The position numbers and the translations under genes were made by a program. 64,000 bases of DNA from the NCBI GenBank assembly GCA_973851085.1, contig OZ316775.1, positions 1,674,001-1,738,000 on the forward strand, read 5' to 3'. A model generated the notes under the pieces. The model ran no database searches and was not told the origin of the DNA. It saw only the letters and a list, made by a program, of their open reading frames with translations. Source of the stretch: Ptychomitrium polyphyllum (Eukaryota). This document shows, in pieces, positions 51,773 through 63,872 of the stretch. Numbering within the stretch: the first letter of the stretch is position 1; each line of letters begins with the position of its first letter.

Positions 51773-53900
51773 AGCCGGCCCCACTTGGGAGCTCGCATTC
51801 CGGAGCTCACCTGACGTGGTCTATAGTATGGTTAAGAGAGTGCTATGGAGGGGAGACAATTGGGCTGTGTTTGATCGGGGCTAACGCGGGCTGTCACACT
51901 TCCTTTCGCTTCTCCATGGTCTGCCATTGCTGTGAGGAAAGGTGCTAGTTTTGCTGGGGTGTAGAGTGGTAGGGGGGGTGAAAGGTGATGGCTTTAGGTT
52001 GGAGGTTTGGAATGGGGTGAAAAGGTTGTGAGGAGTTGGGTAGAGGATTGCAGTGACGGGAGAACGATCTGGTGATGTGGTGATGGATGGTGTAATCATC
52101 GTGGAGGGCTGAATGGGAGCGTGGCATCGGGAGAAGGGCGTGGTTTGGTGGTGGTGGTCGATCACGGATCGATTGAAGATGGTGAGGTGATTGATCGATC
52201 GATCGCTCTTGTTTTCCTTATGATCACAGTGATTCCTTGCTGCTCTTGTTGCGGAAAAATCGAGACCTATGCTTATTGCTGAGCCTGAGTGATGATCTTG
52301 AGGTTTCTTGTCCTTAATTGCATTTAACCACCATAGCTACAGCCGGACTCGGAATTTGATGGATGAACTGTAAGCACGGATTTCTAGAGAACGAGAATTA
52401 AGACGAAAAGTACGACGGATGTTGTTACTTTGTGGTTCTCGAATGTGATATCGTTGTAAATGTCCTTAGAACTGTTGCAAGAAGTCGTTTCTAGGTGAGA
52501 TGCTTGTTTCGCTATTCTTAGGTCGATCGGCTGATGCAACCCACAAATGCCCAACTTGCGGGGTACTTCAAAATGGATAAGAGTGAATCTGGGCAATCGG
52601 TTGATAGATCTGTGGGAGGGTTTGTCTTTGAGGACAGCCCTTGAATGCGTTCTCGTCTTAAGCTGATGTTTTTTTTGAATGCATTAGGAATAGGTCATTG
52701 TTCTTATCCCTCTGAATGAGTGATGACGCCTTATTTTGGTACTTATTTTCTTTGTGGATGACATCATGAAACCGTCACCTGTGTGTTCTTGTAGCGATGG
52801 TTCATGTTCGCCACGATTGAACGATCTATTGTCCTCTCACCTTCCCATAATCTCTTTTCTTAGCTCGAACGTGTGGGCTGTGCTGTGCTGAGTTATCTAA
52901 GTGGTGGTAGCGTGTCCCTCTTAGTGCTTTCTATGCGTCGTTAATGCGTTTGAGTTCAATTGCAATTCCATTTACCAAATTAGGTCTTAGCCTAACATCT
53001 TTGAATTTTGAACCTTTAGCTTTGAAAGCCCCAGACACAACTTTAGGTTTCTTACTTTCTATCCAGTGGAGGATGATTACCACAAATGACGAACGTTGGA
53101 GCTCTTTGTAGCACTGAATATTTTCAATTCAATTTTGAATCGTCTTTCGTTTTGCTTCTCGCATTCCTTGATGAATCTCAGTAGTTGAACTCTTTAAGGA
53201 TTGGCTTACTCTATGTGTGTTTTCTTTCTGCGTCCCTCCAACATTGATTCAGGCATGTATTAGTGGTTCTACAACTAATTCTGGAGGATTCAAACTGTGA
53301 ATGTTGTTTTTCTTTCTTGCAGTTAAATGAACATTCAAGGAGGCCGCGCACTATGAGGAGATAGGTTGCTGAGCGAACCATATGCGGTAGTTGTGTTTGT
53401 CATGATATCTGCCAATCGAGTTGAAACTCTTGGCTGTTGAGGACGTGTAGGAGTTATTTATTCAAAATACAACACTTACATCACTTAACAAACTGAAATG
53501 CGTTTCTTGAAGAACCAAACGGGGTGAGCAACTGCTTACCCCAAGCATGACAGATCAACCGAACCCCTTTGATATCTGTAGGAGGCCCAAAACTTAATGC
53601 GACACCTGCAGACAGAATGTTATCAAATTTCTTCTGGATTAAAGTTTGGTTTCATCAAGTTTCATCGAAGGTCTAGCAAAGCTGGAACTGAAGAAAAATC
53701 TGGTTATGAAAAGGATGATTAAAGACAAGGTTTTGCAAGGGGAAGGGGACATGGATTGCTTCAACGACGTCTAATTGATAGGTATTGAAAGTAAAATAAA
53801 GAATGAATGCTCTGTGCGTAGCGTCTAGAGTGTTTCGGCGACACCAAGAAGATAGTTCAAGTGTTGTAAAAAATTGAGGTACCACAGGGAGGCTTCAAAG

Positions 53901-56012
53901 ATGAGTTGCGAAAGTAAGTACCAAAGTAGCAAACCAAGTCACCTGACAGACAATCTGTTGCACACGATGAGGACAGCGTGTATCCTTGACTATGGACTGC
54001 ATCTGTTAGACGATTCCAAGATGTTGCGTGGAATCTTAAAGAGTGAGATGTACAGTAGGCAGTATTCAGTAAGCAGCTGCGTTGAAAACAGGGCAAGTGG
54101 AATTGATGTCCAAGGCGCAGGACCAACATTAGAGAAAGTAATGGCCAGCAACAAAGTAGAAGATCCCTATGGTTTTGAAGACCCCTACAACGGGGATGAC
54201 TATGACTACGCAGAGGAGCCCATGGAGGACAATCCGGAGGTTTTCGAAGTCAATCACTCGGAGACATGGCCACCACCACTGAATTCAGAGCGGGACTTGC
54301 AGCTGCTTCGCCCCCCTGGCCGCTTTGAACCAATGCAATCCGTGGAGCGCGAGTGGGTTCACAAGCTGTACGCTGCCATGAATGATTGCTTATTCGTGTG
54401 CAGTCGTTTGAAGAATGCGCAGAACCAGGTGACGATCTATCATTCTCAAGTCTCCCATCTCACAAAATGCTACTTCATGGCTGAGGAGAATTTTCAACGC
54501 TATCAGACGAAGATCATGCGAGCGGTGGAGCATCCCAACTGGGCCTCCGAGCAGAACTTCCGAATTGGCTCCGAAGCCATGTCGTTCTGCATTGACTCCC
54601 TCGTGCAGCTCCGCCATGTTATGCACGACGGGGAAATGCTCGTCACACAATGCTGTCGCCAAGACTGGTGGCGGATGGCGCTCACACTCCCCTGCATTGG
54701 CCCCGACTTCCCCAGACTCAGATCTATGTCACCATTTGCATTCAATATTCGGGAGTTTGTCTGGAGCCTCAACGTTGTTGAATTCGCCTTCCACATATGG
54801 CGCAACGACCCCACAATGTACACTACTTCCCTCCTAAGCTCTGCATTCAGCCACTGGGCCATCGAGGAGCGACACATCCGGTATACGCACCTCTACTCGT
54901 TGAAAGCAGACGAAGAAAGGGAAGCGAGTGACAAGAAGATTATGTGTCTGACGTTGCGGTACATCGTGAATGCGACCTGGTATAACCCAATTGAAGAAGA
55001 GCCAGACCGCTACGTTTTTGAGGTCTTAATTGTGAAGCTGGAAGGACCGGAACCATCACTGAACCTCGCTCCGGATTCTTTCTGGATTGATCAATACCAG
55101 CTTGAGCTTCATGACACGATTGGCCAGGGGAGCTTGGGGGTGGTGTTGAAATGCAAGTGGTTCGGGGAGACAGTGGCGGTGAAGGTGTTGACAGGGGGAA
55201 TTGATCCGGTGGTTTTAGAAGCTGAAGCTGCTCTTGTTGCTGGAATTCAGCATCCCAACATCGTGAAGCTGATAGGGTGTGCGTACAATCAGGAACGAAG
55301 AGCTGTCATGTTCGTGATGGAAGTTGTGGGGCGTGACCTGCGCACCCTCATTGAGCTTCGTAGTATGAATTTTCAGGATAGTTCACCGCCGTTTTCGCTT
55401 CTGCAGTCGGTCGACATCATGTTGCAGATCGCGGAGGCGTTACAGTACTTGAAGGATTGTAAGCTGATGCACCGTGATATCAGAGCACGCAAAGTTCTGA
55501 TCACTCTCTGTGAAGCTGGGGAGGCTTCGGCTCCGTGTTGGGAGTATTTTCACGTGAAGCTTGCTGATGTTGGTTTATCAAAGTTCAAGCTCGAGATGCT
55601 GCAAGCGAGCTCTTTTCAAACTGATGCGTGTCGCTGGCGAGCTCCTGAAGTTTTTCGTGACGAGGAGATGATCATCAAATACTCATGGCCGGCGGATGTT
55701 TACAGTTTCGCCATGACGTGCTATGAAGTGCTCACTGGAGAAGTGCCCTTCCAAGGCGTTCCGCTTAACGAAGTCTACCAGAGAGTTTGCGCTGGAGTGC
55801 GTCCTGAGCTACCCCCACACTGCCCACCTTATATTGCGAAGTATCTTGCCAAGTGCTGGGCCGGGAACCCCAACGAGCGACCTGAGTTTTCCGAGATTTG
55901 TGAACGACTTCGGCATTGGAAGTGCATGTTGCTCCTGCGCAGGTCAATCCCTGCCGTCCCACCGGGAACTATGTCCACTGGCAACATCATTGGCGAGCCT
56001 TGGGAGTCATGA
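53901..56012 (+). CDS. Intronless Raf-like/TKL protein kinase with N-terminal helical domain; probable pseudokinase
   Basis: 2.1-kb ORF (first ATG 53901, alternative 54141). Subdomains IGQGSLG, VAVK, HPNIVKLIG, HRDIRARK, KLADVG, RWRAPE, ADVYSFAMTCYEVLTGEVPF, RPELP, CW..NPNERPEF. Confidence 0.9.
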   Translation: MSCESKYQSSKPSHLTDNLLHTMRTACILDYGLHLLDDSKMLRGILKSEMYSRQYSVSSCVENRASGIDVQGAGPTLEKVMASNKVEDPYGFEDPYNGDDYDYAEEPMEDNPEVFEVNHSETWPPPLNSERDLQLLRPPGRFEPMQSVEREWVHKLYAAMNDCLFVCSRLKNAQNQVTIYHSQVSHLTKCYFMAEENFQRYQTKIMRAVEHPNWASEQNFRIGSEAMSFCIDSLVQLRHVMHDGEMLVTQCCRQDWWRMALTLPCIGPDFPRLRSMSPFAFNIREFVWSLNVVEFAFHIWRNDPTMYTTSLLSSAFSHWAIEERHIRYTHLYSLKADEEREASDKKIMCLTLRYIVNATWYNPIEEEPDRYVFEVLIVKLEGPEPSLNLAPDSFWIDQYQLELHDTIGQGSLGVVLKCKWFGETVAVKVLTGGIDPVVLEAEAALVAGIQHPNIVKLIGCAYNQERRAVMFVMEVVGRDLRTLIELRSMNFQDSSPPFSLLQSVDIMLQIAEALQYLKDCKLMHRDIRARKVLITLCEAGEASAPCWEYFHVKLADVGLSKFKLEMLQASSFQTDACRWRAPEVFRDEEMIIKYSWPADVYSFAMTCYEVLTGEVPFQGVPLNEVYQRVCAGVRPELPPHCPPYIAKYLAKCWAGNPNERPEFSEICERLRHWKCMLLLRRSIPAVPPGTMSTGNIIGEPWES

Positions 56013-57229
56013 CACCCTATTTGTGCACTCTCTTCACACGCTAGCTGACTCTAAGATGCGTCTCCATCGATTTAAAACTTGCTCATCTCTTGGGAGACTC
56101 GTCTTAGAGCGCTCAAAGAGCAATCAAAACGTGCTGGCTTCTATTACAGGTGCGTGGTTTGCAGCTCTTTTTGGCCGTATCGTACTATTGAGTGTGATTA
56201 GTTCCTGCCAATGTGCTTTTCTTTTATCAATAATTACAGAATAAATGCACACTAGGTTTAGTCTCTTATTCTTTGAGAATTCCGTTGGCAACTGGCAGGT
56301 TGGTTTATGTTTGACCAAGACTGAAGTTGATCAAGGAGGCTGAATTAAGCTGAATTGGCTGCCTCCGATTGCCTTCGATATCGATGATTTTGGAGTAACA
56401 ACGGTGGAAGAAAGGTGGCGGTTTGTGTGAATTAATTCACTTGTGCTCGACGAGTGTAACTGGGAACCTGAAGCTCGAGCACAAGTTCAGCCAATCATCA
56501 ATGAAGTAGACGAACAGCCTCGTCAAACTTTTTTGGTTCTATGCGATGATGTTAAGAGCTGTTGTCAGCACAAGGATTCCTAAAATAGCTGTTGTTCGAA
56601 GGACTTCTAAAATATCAATAGTGACAAAGGACTATCTTAGATTTGACAGGACGTGAAGTTTTGAAATGGTTGAATTTAGCATCTGGCAAGAGTTACCATC
56701 TTAGACCACAGCCGGAATATCGGGCATCAGAAATGTGGGTGCCATTCTTATCGTCTGGCATTGTCGTCACACAATTTTTTATTCTTAAGGAACTTCTTTT
56801 GATTCCTTTTAACAGCAAGGATCTCGTGTAACATGTTACTTCCACATACAAAACTTGATTCACACATTCTAATTCTCGATGCTGGGGAAGTTGATAATTA
56901 CGAAGTTACACCAGTATCACATTTCCTGTCAAAGTGTAGTAGACTTGAGAGTCCAGGTTCAAGGTTAAAGGCTTGAATTTCCACAAATGGATTTTAAACA
57001 AATAAATTCTAATTAGCAAACTGCTCCAAAGATTATGGAGTAGGTAATTTGATATGTGACGTGTCATCCTACGGGCTTTACATCAGGAGCCAATTCAGGG
57101 CCAATTGGATTACATTGAAAAATCAACCAAACAGAATTGCTTAAATCATTGGAATTGGGCCAAGGGGCTTCCAATTTGGGTCTTAGACCACACAATCCAT
57201 GGTGATCAGTTGGTGGATATTACCATACT

Positions 57230-57261
57230 GCATGGATAAACATATGCATGGATAAACATAT
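57230..57261. repeat. 16-bp tandem duplication
   Basis: GCATGGATAAACATAT repeated twice. Confidence 0.85.
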
Positions 57262-59737
57262 CAGAGAAACAAACATACATTAACACATTAAAAACATAGA
57301 TACGTACACAAACAAACAATGTATTGAGTTACTTCCAACCTTAAGCATGAACATGACAACTCAACTTCTTAGATTTGAAACAAAAGATCATTAGGTGATT
57401 TTTTTTTATATCATCCAAAAGAACTTTCAATTCATACTCTATTTGATATATAAAAAGAGACTATTAATGTTGCCTTAAGAAGAATGTTTTGCCTTGTGAT
57501 TATACTTACATCATTGGTTGCTATACCAATGTGTATAACAAAGGCAATGATTGGCATCAATTATAGACAAATAGCGAGCAATCTATCACCTCCAAATAAC
57601 ATTGTACTATTGCTGCAAAACCATGCCACAAAGAACATGTACACCTACAATTTGGACCATGGCATTTCAACCCTTTAGAATAAAAGTTTCATTTATGATG
57701 ACAAATGATGAAGTCAAGAGCATTATAAGAAATTACAATGCTTTCAATAAATTATTTTAATCATTGATAGAATCAATATTAGAAATGATTACATTTTGAT
57801 AATGATTGTCTAATTTACTTTGTTCAGATTAGTTAGTGGAATGCAAATTAGCCTAAAGAAATTATTGCATATTCTTATTATTGTCTCCTATCTTTTTCTA
57901 ATAAGAAGATTATTAAAGGAATCTTTGTAATTAAGTCTTTTTCCATTGCATTTAATCATTAACAAATTGCAATTGTAAACACAGAAGAACAATTTATTCA
58001 TATTTCAAATTGTAAAATTCACTAACAAATAATATTGCTCATATATGTCAAAGTTTAGATATACTCTCTCCTATCAAATCTAAGTTAGCTTCTAATGTTG
58101 AGATTTAAAATAACGCCTTTAAAATTGTCCAAGGATTTCTCTTTTAAACTTTTAAAAAGATAATATAGACAATGGTGAAACGTAATGGTATGATGTAATT
58201 TGCAATTTTTACATAAAAAAAAGTGTTGGTTTACATTAAGACATTTGAATAGTTTAATTAATGGTGCTTAGTTTCATCAAATGCTTTGCATTAGGCAATG
58301 TCTACAAAGATGATTCATGCAAGCAATTGATGCTCTTAGAATTGATGAATTGAAGATTTTTATTGCTCATTTCCATGGATGGACCATAAGTATTGGAACT
58401 TTTAGTTACATCTTTTTTTCTTTGGATGACTGTATTTCATGTGTATCAAGTAATTATCAATCTCAAATGTCACCTCCAACATCTTTCTTGTGATTTTTTA
58501 GCAATCATATAGGTTTATAGATTGTATATAATTAAGAATCATGCATTTGATGTTTTGAGGGATTACATTTGTTCAAGTATAAGTATCTTTTAAAAATGAT
58601 TTTTTTTGGAACAAGAGCAAAAAAATTATATGGTTATTACAGGAAGTATAAAAGATGTTGTGTTATACAAGATTTAGAAAATTTAACAAAGTTTGAATAA
58701 GTATTTTGATGGAAAAACCAAAGAAGATTTGCATTGTCTCTTAAATTGCATTGATACTTGAATTGTATTATTTTGTTTTTTCAAATAAAAAATGCATTTA
58801 ATATGCATGCATTATGCAAAGTTTTAGTTTCATCAAACTTCATTAGGCATTTAATTGAAGCCAATAGCTCTAGATTGAACCAACTCAATTCAAAAAATCT
58901 GGAGCCAATTGTTAGAATGTATAATAAATAATATTTTTTAATTTTGTATAATGTACTTTATTTTAAATTGTTGCTTTAATTGTTGAAGATGCAGAATTTG
59001 AAAGATGCCCAACAAAATTTATAAAACATCCACATATCCATTAAAGATTATAAATTGTAAATAATTCTTCTTATTTAAGTGTAAATTTTTTAAATATCTT
59101 GCAATTCTTTTTTCAAACAAAATTGACAATTCTACCAAATTACATGATTAATCCACCTCTACTTCCATACCTTCTATACAATAATAAGATATTATCATCA
59201 TTGCTACTATACATTCCCAAATTTATGGTAGAAATTATTATTTTCACTAGGAACCTATTATAGTCATTAAGGAGTGCATTAATGTTTATTTCATTAAATA
59301 TCCAATCAAATTGAGTCAATATTTCTAATAAAATGAAGCATTGTTGATTTGACTTTGGTTAATTGGAAGATAATGTGACTAATGAAGTAACTTACACTAC
59401 TAATAAATATAGAGGTCTATAAATATTTTCCAATTACTTATAGGAAAATGAAAAAAATATTTAAAAAAATTAATTCATGGATTTAGGTTTCTCATTCTAA
59501 GTTCGACCTCATTATGATTTTTGTAAATATATTTTATTCTTTTAAATATGTCAAATTGCTAAATGATTTGGATTAGTGTTAAGTAACTTAGTATGTTTAT
59601 TAGCCTAAGTATTCAATCTTTGATTATAAAAGTAGAAAAGTGAGTTGAAGACAAGCTCTAATTAACCTTTAAAGTCCAAGGTGGTCACTAGAGGAGATTA
59701 TTTAGTGTGAAGGTACTCAGGCACTTTCACAACATTA

Positions 59738-60189
59738 GAGCATCTCCAATGGCGCACAGTGCTTACTAATGGGCCTACTACACTGTGAACATCATTGGAT
59801 TACAGCCAATCTTAATGGCAGAGTTGTTTTTGTAAAAGTTGTTATTGAGGACCTCACAATTGTCGTATTTTGAATTCTTCTTAAAATAGTTGCTGCATAC
59901 ATGCTAGACAACCGGCCAATGAATAAAGATAAAAATTTCTTGTAATTTGGTAGAGCTACTAGGGACAACAGGAGAATGAAATTCAAGAGCTAAACATAGT
60001 ACTATCTGATTACTGATTTGTTTTCCACTTCATCTACATTTAGCAGCCAGAATATGATGACCAGCCTATCTAGCCTGTATGAATCCTATATGAGTACCAA
60101 CCAAAAATGATTTGTGAGGATGGTTAGCCAATGCACTTTGCATTTCAGTCATTTCAGAACTGGTATTTAGTGCCGCGTTGGAGATGCTC
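59738..60189. mobile_element. Non-autonomous PIF/Harbinger (Tourist-like) MITE, 452 bp
   Basis: Perfect 12-bp TIRs GAGCATCTCCAA (59738-59749) and TTGGAGATGCTC (60178-60189); flanks TTA (left) and TTG (right, one mismatch to a TTA target-site duplication); no internal transposase. Confidence 0.75.
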
Positions 60190-60194
60190 TTGAG

Positions 60195-60590
60195 GTCATG
60201 TACAACCCAATAGAGCCCTTGGCTAGATATAATTGTTGAATTCCAATCAACCACCTCAACACAGTTCCAACTCCTGGATTCTTTCACAACAACCCCTTGA
60301 GCTCCTTGGAATATTCCAGCAATGAACTTCCATTCAAAGAGAGAAACTTGTGGTTGGAAAGTGAGCCCCACTTATCCCTTTACACAATGGCTTGGTTTCC
60401 TACAGCAATTTCCAACAGCGGTTTCCTGTAAACAAAACCAACAGCTCCAAAAAGTGGGCACGGTGCATGATACCACCAACTGTGATGGCTTTCCTCCAGT
60501 TTCGTCCAATAAGAGGTTGTCACAGGTTCTAACTCTGCTCAAGATCGGAATCACGACCCGACATACGTTTTCGCACATATTTCACAGAGC
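60195..60590 (-). pseudogene. Possible decayed coding remnant abutting the MITE
   Basis: Minus frame ...SYWTKLEESHHSWWYHAPCPLFGAVGFVYRKPLLEIAVGNQAIV*RDKWG...LLEYSKELKGLL*KNPGVGTVLRWLIG has a few TGA/TAA stops; family not recognised. Confidence 0.25.
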
Positions 60591-62369
60591 ACTCTGACAC
60601 ACCCTAGTATTATAATAAGAAGATAAAAGTTCAACTTTTCTAGTACTCAAGACCCAGCAAAGGTAGCTGCGACGCGTAGGGCCCTGCACACTTGATTCCT
60701 GACTGGAAGTAGACTGCCGAGGGTGGCCTTCAAAACTCCATTGTACAGAGATCAGTACATTCACTACGGGTATACAGTATATTTAAGTATCGTCCAACTG
60801 CTTCACCAACCATATTGTTCATCGGCAACCCTAAACTTAGACACACTATTCTACAGGTACCCAGAAGCGGTACCTGTAAGTCTTTCATTACTCTGTACTT
60901 TAACAGAGAATGTTAATTGCAATATCCCTGGAATCAAGGTGTACCCAGCCCTGTCAATAATATTGTTTCCCCAAATCGTGGTGAAATCAGTTCATAATAT
61001 CGAATGGATTTGTAGTATTGTAGAAATTCATGTCAGCATCGGCCAGCAGCTTACACTAGATTTACAACATCGTAAGACATCAATGGGGACACTCCATCTT
61101 GATTCATGGAAGAGAAGCTACCCAGTTTACACCAACTTAAGATTTGGCTGAACAAGCGCGAGCTGAAACCACGGTTACGAAGAAAGTCGTCCTTTTCTCA
61201 GAAAATCCTGTTTTCAAGATACGTCTGATCCTCAATGTTCTAGAAGGAATTTCTGTTCTTGTAAATAATATTTGAACTTCTGATTGGTGGGGTTCAAGTT
61301 CAAGTTCTCAACGATGTCAACAAGATTATCCTTTTTTTGTTCACATCAATCCAGATGGCAGGTCACAATCGATAGTGCCTGGCAGCCAACACACATCGTC
61401 TCTCTAAATGAATCACTGAAGAATCTGTAGAACATTCTGTGTAAGACTTTGTGCAATGTTAAATCATGCACCTGACGACTCTATGAATTTGACTTTGCGG
61501 GGAAGGATGGCAGCCTCGTACGCTTAAAGATTGAATGCATACAAGGGAAATGACCCAGTTACTGATATAGAGATGATTAGAAAGAGGCCCATACTTTAAA
61601 AGCCCTGTAGTACTTGTAAATAACAATTTATAGAAGAAATCCAACCACACAGCCATTTACAGTGTGACCCCATGACCACTGGACATGCCATGAATGGAAT
61701 CAACTATCACCTACTCATTCCAAAGACTGTATTAGTGAACCCTCTCATATGTGCGCCCCTCTCAAGCCGTTGAGGGCGCACCCGCCCATGACTACGGTTT
61801 CTATAAATAGTTGATCACATTAATATAAATCTGAACTTGGGATAGGTTCGCGTGCCTCTCACCAGATCTCCTTCAACGCCGCCGCCTTGGAAGGTTTTAA
61901 GGTAAATTAATTTGTGGGAGGGCAATATTCACGTCCATCCAAATTCCTACAGCTCATGAGTACGTTTCACTGATTCAGCTCCGTCCAAACGTTCAAACAT
62001 GTTGTGTACCCATGTACCTGCTTATAAAGACTTCCTTCTTCGGGCCAAGGGTTGCCGACCGGGCCCTCAAGTTGCAATAAAACATGTTCGAAGCTGTACC
62101 TAGAAAAGACATAGAGTTATCCGCTTCCGCTTTGATGTGGTGATAAAACCCCATTCAGTCCTGTTAAACTGCAAGTTAGGCTTGGAGCTGGGTGCGAACA
62201 GCACGATAAGTAACAATAAGGATATTCAGTTGGAACCACATTGATGATATGCACCATCGAGGATATGACTATTATGTTACTTGACATTCCATGCTCATTT
62301 GAACCAAGATATTCTTAGTTTCATATTAGCCATGATTTTGTCACTCTGAAGTTTGAACTATGGGCATAA

Positions 62370-62599
62370 TTCACTAAATTTGGACTATCTCCTGAATATT
62401 GGACTACCAACTTTATAGGGAGATGCCCCATCCTAATGATTTTTTGGCATCACCATCATTAGCCGAATAACGATGATATACGAAGTTTGAAGTCACAACA
62501 TCATTGGGATGAGGGCGTTTCTATGAAGTTAATGGTCCAAAATTCACTAAAAAGATCAGATTTAAAAGGTTCAGATTTAAAAAGTCCAGATTTAGTGAA
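62370..62599. mobile_element. Degenerate fold-back/MITE-like inverted repeat, ~230 bp
   Basis: TTCACTAAATTTGGACT (62370-62386) vs AGTCCAGATTTAGTGAA (62583-62599), plus ~50-bp inner arms (TTGGACTACCAACTTTATAGGGAGATGCCCCATCCTAATGAT vs ATCATTGGGATGAGGGCGTTTCTATGAAGTTAATGGTCCAA). Confidence 0.65.
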
Positions 62600-62919
62600 G
62601 ATCCTGGTAATTACTTTTTTGTAATTCAGAAAAATAGGTTCCAAGTAGCATACCTAGAAAGCAAGTATCTTAACTGTTGTCAAAGGCCGATTACAGGGCG
62701 TTTGGTCAGAGGTTGTCCTCAGAAACAATAGAACGACCGAATTACTTGATTTTTGGGTTCATCTATCCAGTGGTATCAGTATTTGAGCCATACTTTGGCA
62801 AATGGTTTGCAAAATATTGTTCAGCGGTTTCGTGGCAAGGTGACCGTGAGATGGTGGGAAGAGAAGTCATGGGAAAACATACCAGCACCATGTTAATTGA
62901 AAAACAGCTTCCTAGCACT

Positions 62920-63739
62920 TGAGTGCTTTGTTGGATGTCCCGAAAGAGAGCAGATAAGCCCACGCTACTCATGACTCGACATGGCCCGTCAGTAACCATT
63001 CGTATATGGTTGGCTGAGAGAGAGGAATCACCTAGAGAACCTGGGCTCCCAGCTCAGTCTTCGGCGTTCTCCGATAATCCATCTGAGACTCCTTTCTGTC
63101 AGCCAACAATACGGCTGGTGGTGTACGTAAAGCACTGCACAACTTAGTTTGCTGCAATCTGAGCGACAGTACCTCACCAACTCACTGGACCTCTCTGCAG
63201 CGTTCTCTGTCACGTTCCTGACCATCAATATGAAATCCTGTACACTCAACGATATGAAATGCTGAATTAAGCCGTGAACCAACAAGTGCAGAGTTGTGGT
63301 AAAGCTCTAGATAGACAGAGCAACATCTGCTAAATAGTGATGCCAGTTTACAGAGCGCTAAAACACAGGCTGACTACGCTACGTCATCAAGACGAGAAGT
63401 TGGAACAATATCAAATGCTACTCCACCGTCGCTACTCCACCCCTCCCTTGACCGGACCAAATTGACAGCTGACGGTTGTTGATTTGTCGTAACCCTGGTT
63501 AAGGACTCTCACCTTAGGGGACATCGCTGGAAGTTACGCGCAGCAGAAACTCGCTCAGACAAGCCCACCCTACTGCAGCGGAGTTTACAGAGTCCGAGCA
63601 GAGGTCATCCCACTCGGGCGGCACCCGTCAGTGGCACCGTACATTGCCGACTAGCATCCACTGTAGCGGCTCCCGCAGTTGGAATGATGAAATGCACTTG
63701 AGAGCAAGAGAGAGAGGTGGTCGAGGACGAGGTGCTCAT
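62920..63739 (-). pseudogene. Probable pseudogene of a plastid-targeted protein
   Basis: Ser/Thr-rich transit-peptide-like start MSTSSSTTSLSCS at 63739 with an in-frame TGA (63605-63607) and a donor at 63512. Segments 63237-63173 and 63134 onward read VRNVTENAAERSSELVS|ALRTPPAVLLADRKESQMDYRRTPKTELGAQVL, followed by a frameshift. Confidence 0.35.
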
Positions 63740-63830
63740 GGCTTGTTCAACAGGGCTTGTGCTCCAAAGGAGCGTGCGAGGAGATCGGTTCGATCGACGA
63801 GAGCGCTGGACACACAATGCACATACTCTG

Positions 63831-63872
63831 CACACACACACTCACTCACTCACTCACTCACTCTCACTCACG
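63831..63872. repeat. (CA)n/(CACT)n microsatellite
   Basis: CACACACACACTCACTCACTCACTCACTCACTCTCACTCAC. Confidence 0.9.

Noticed and set aside
61751..61781. Small GC-rich hairpin GTGCGCCCCTCTCAA-GCCG-TTGAGGGCGCAC
   Set aside because: Real but short and isolated; too small for a miRNA precursor and no supporting context.
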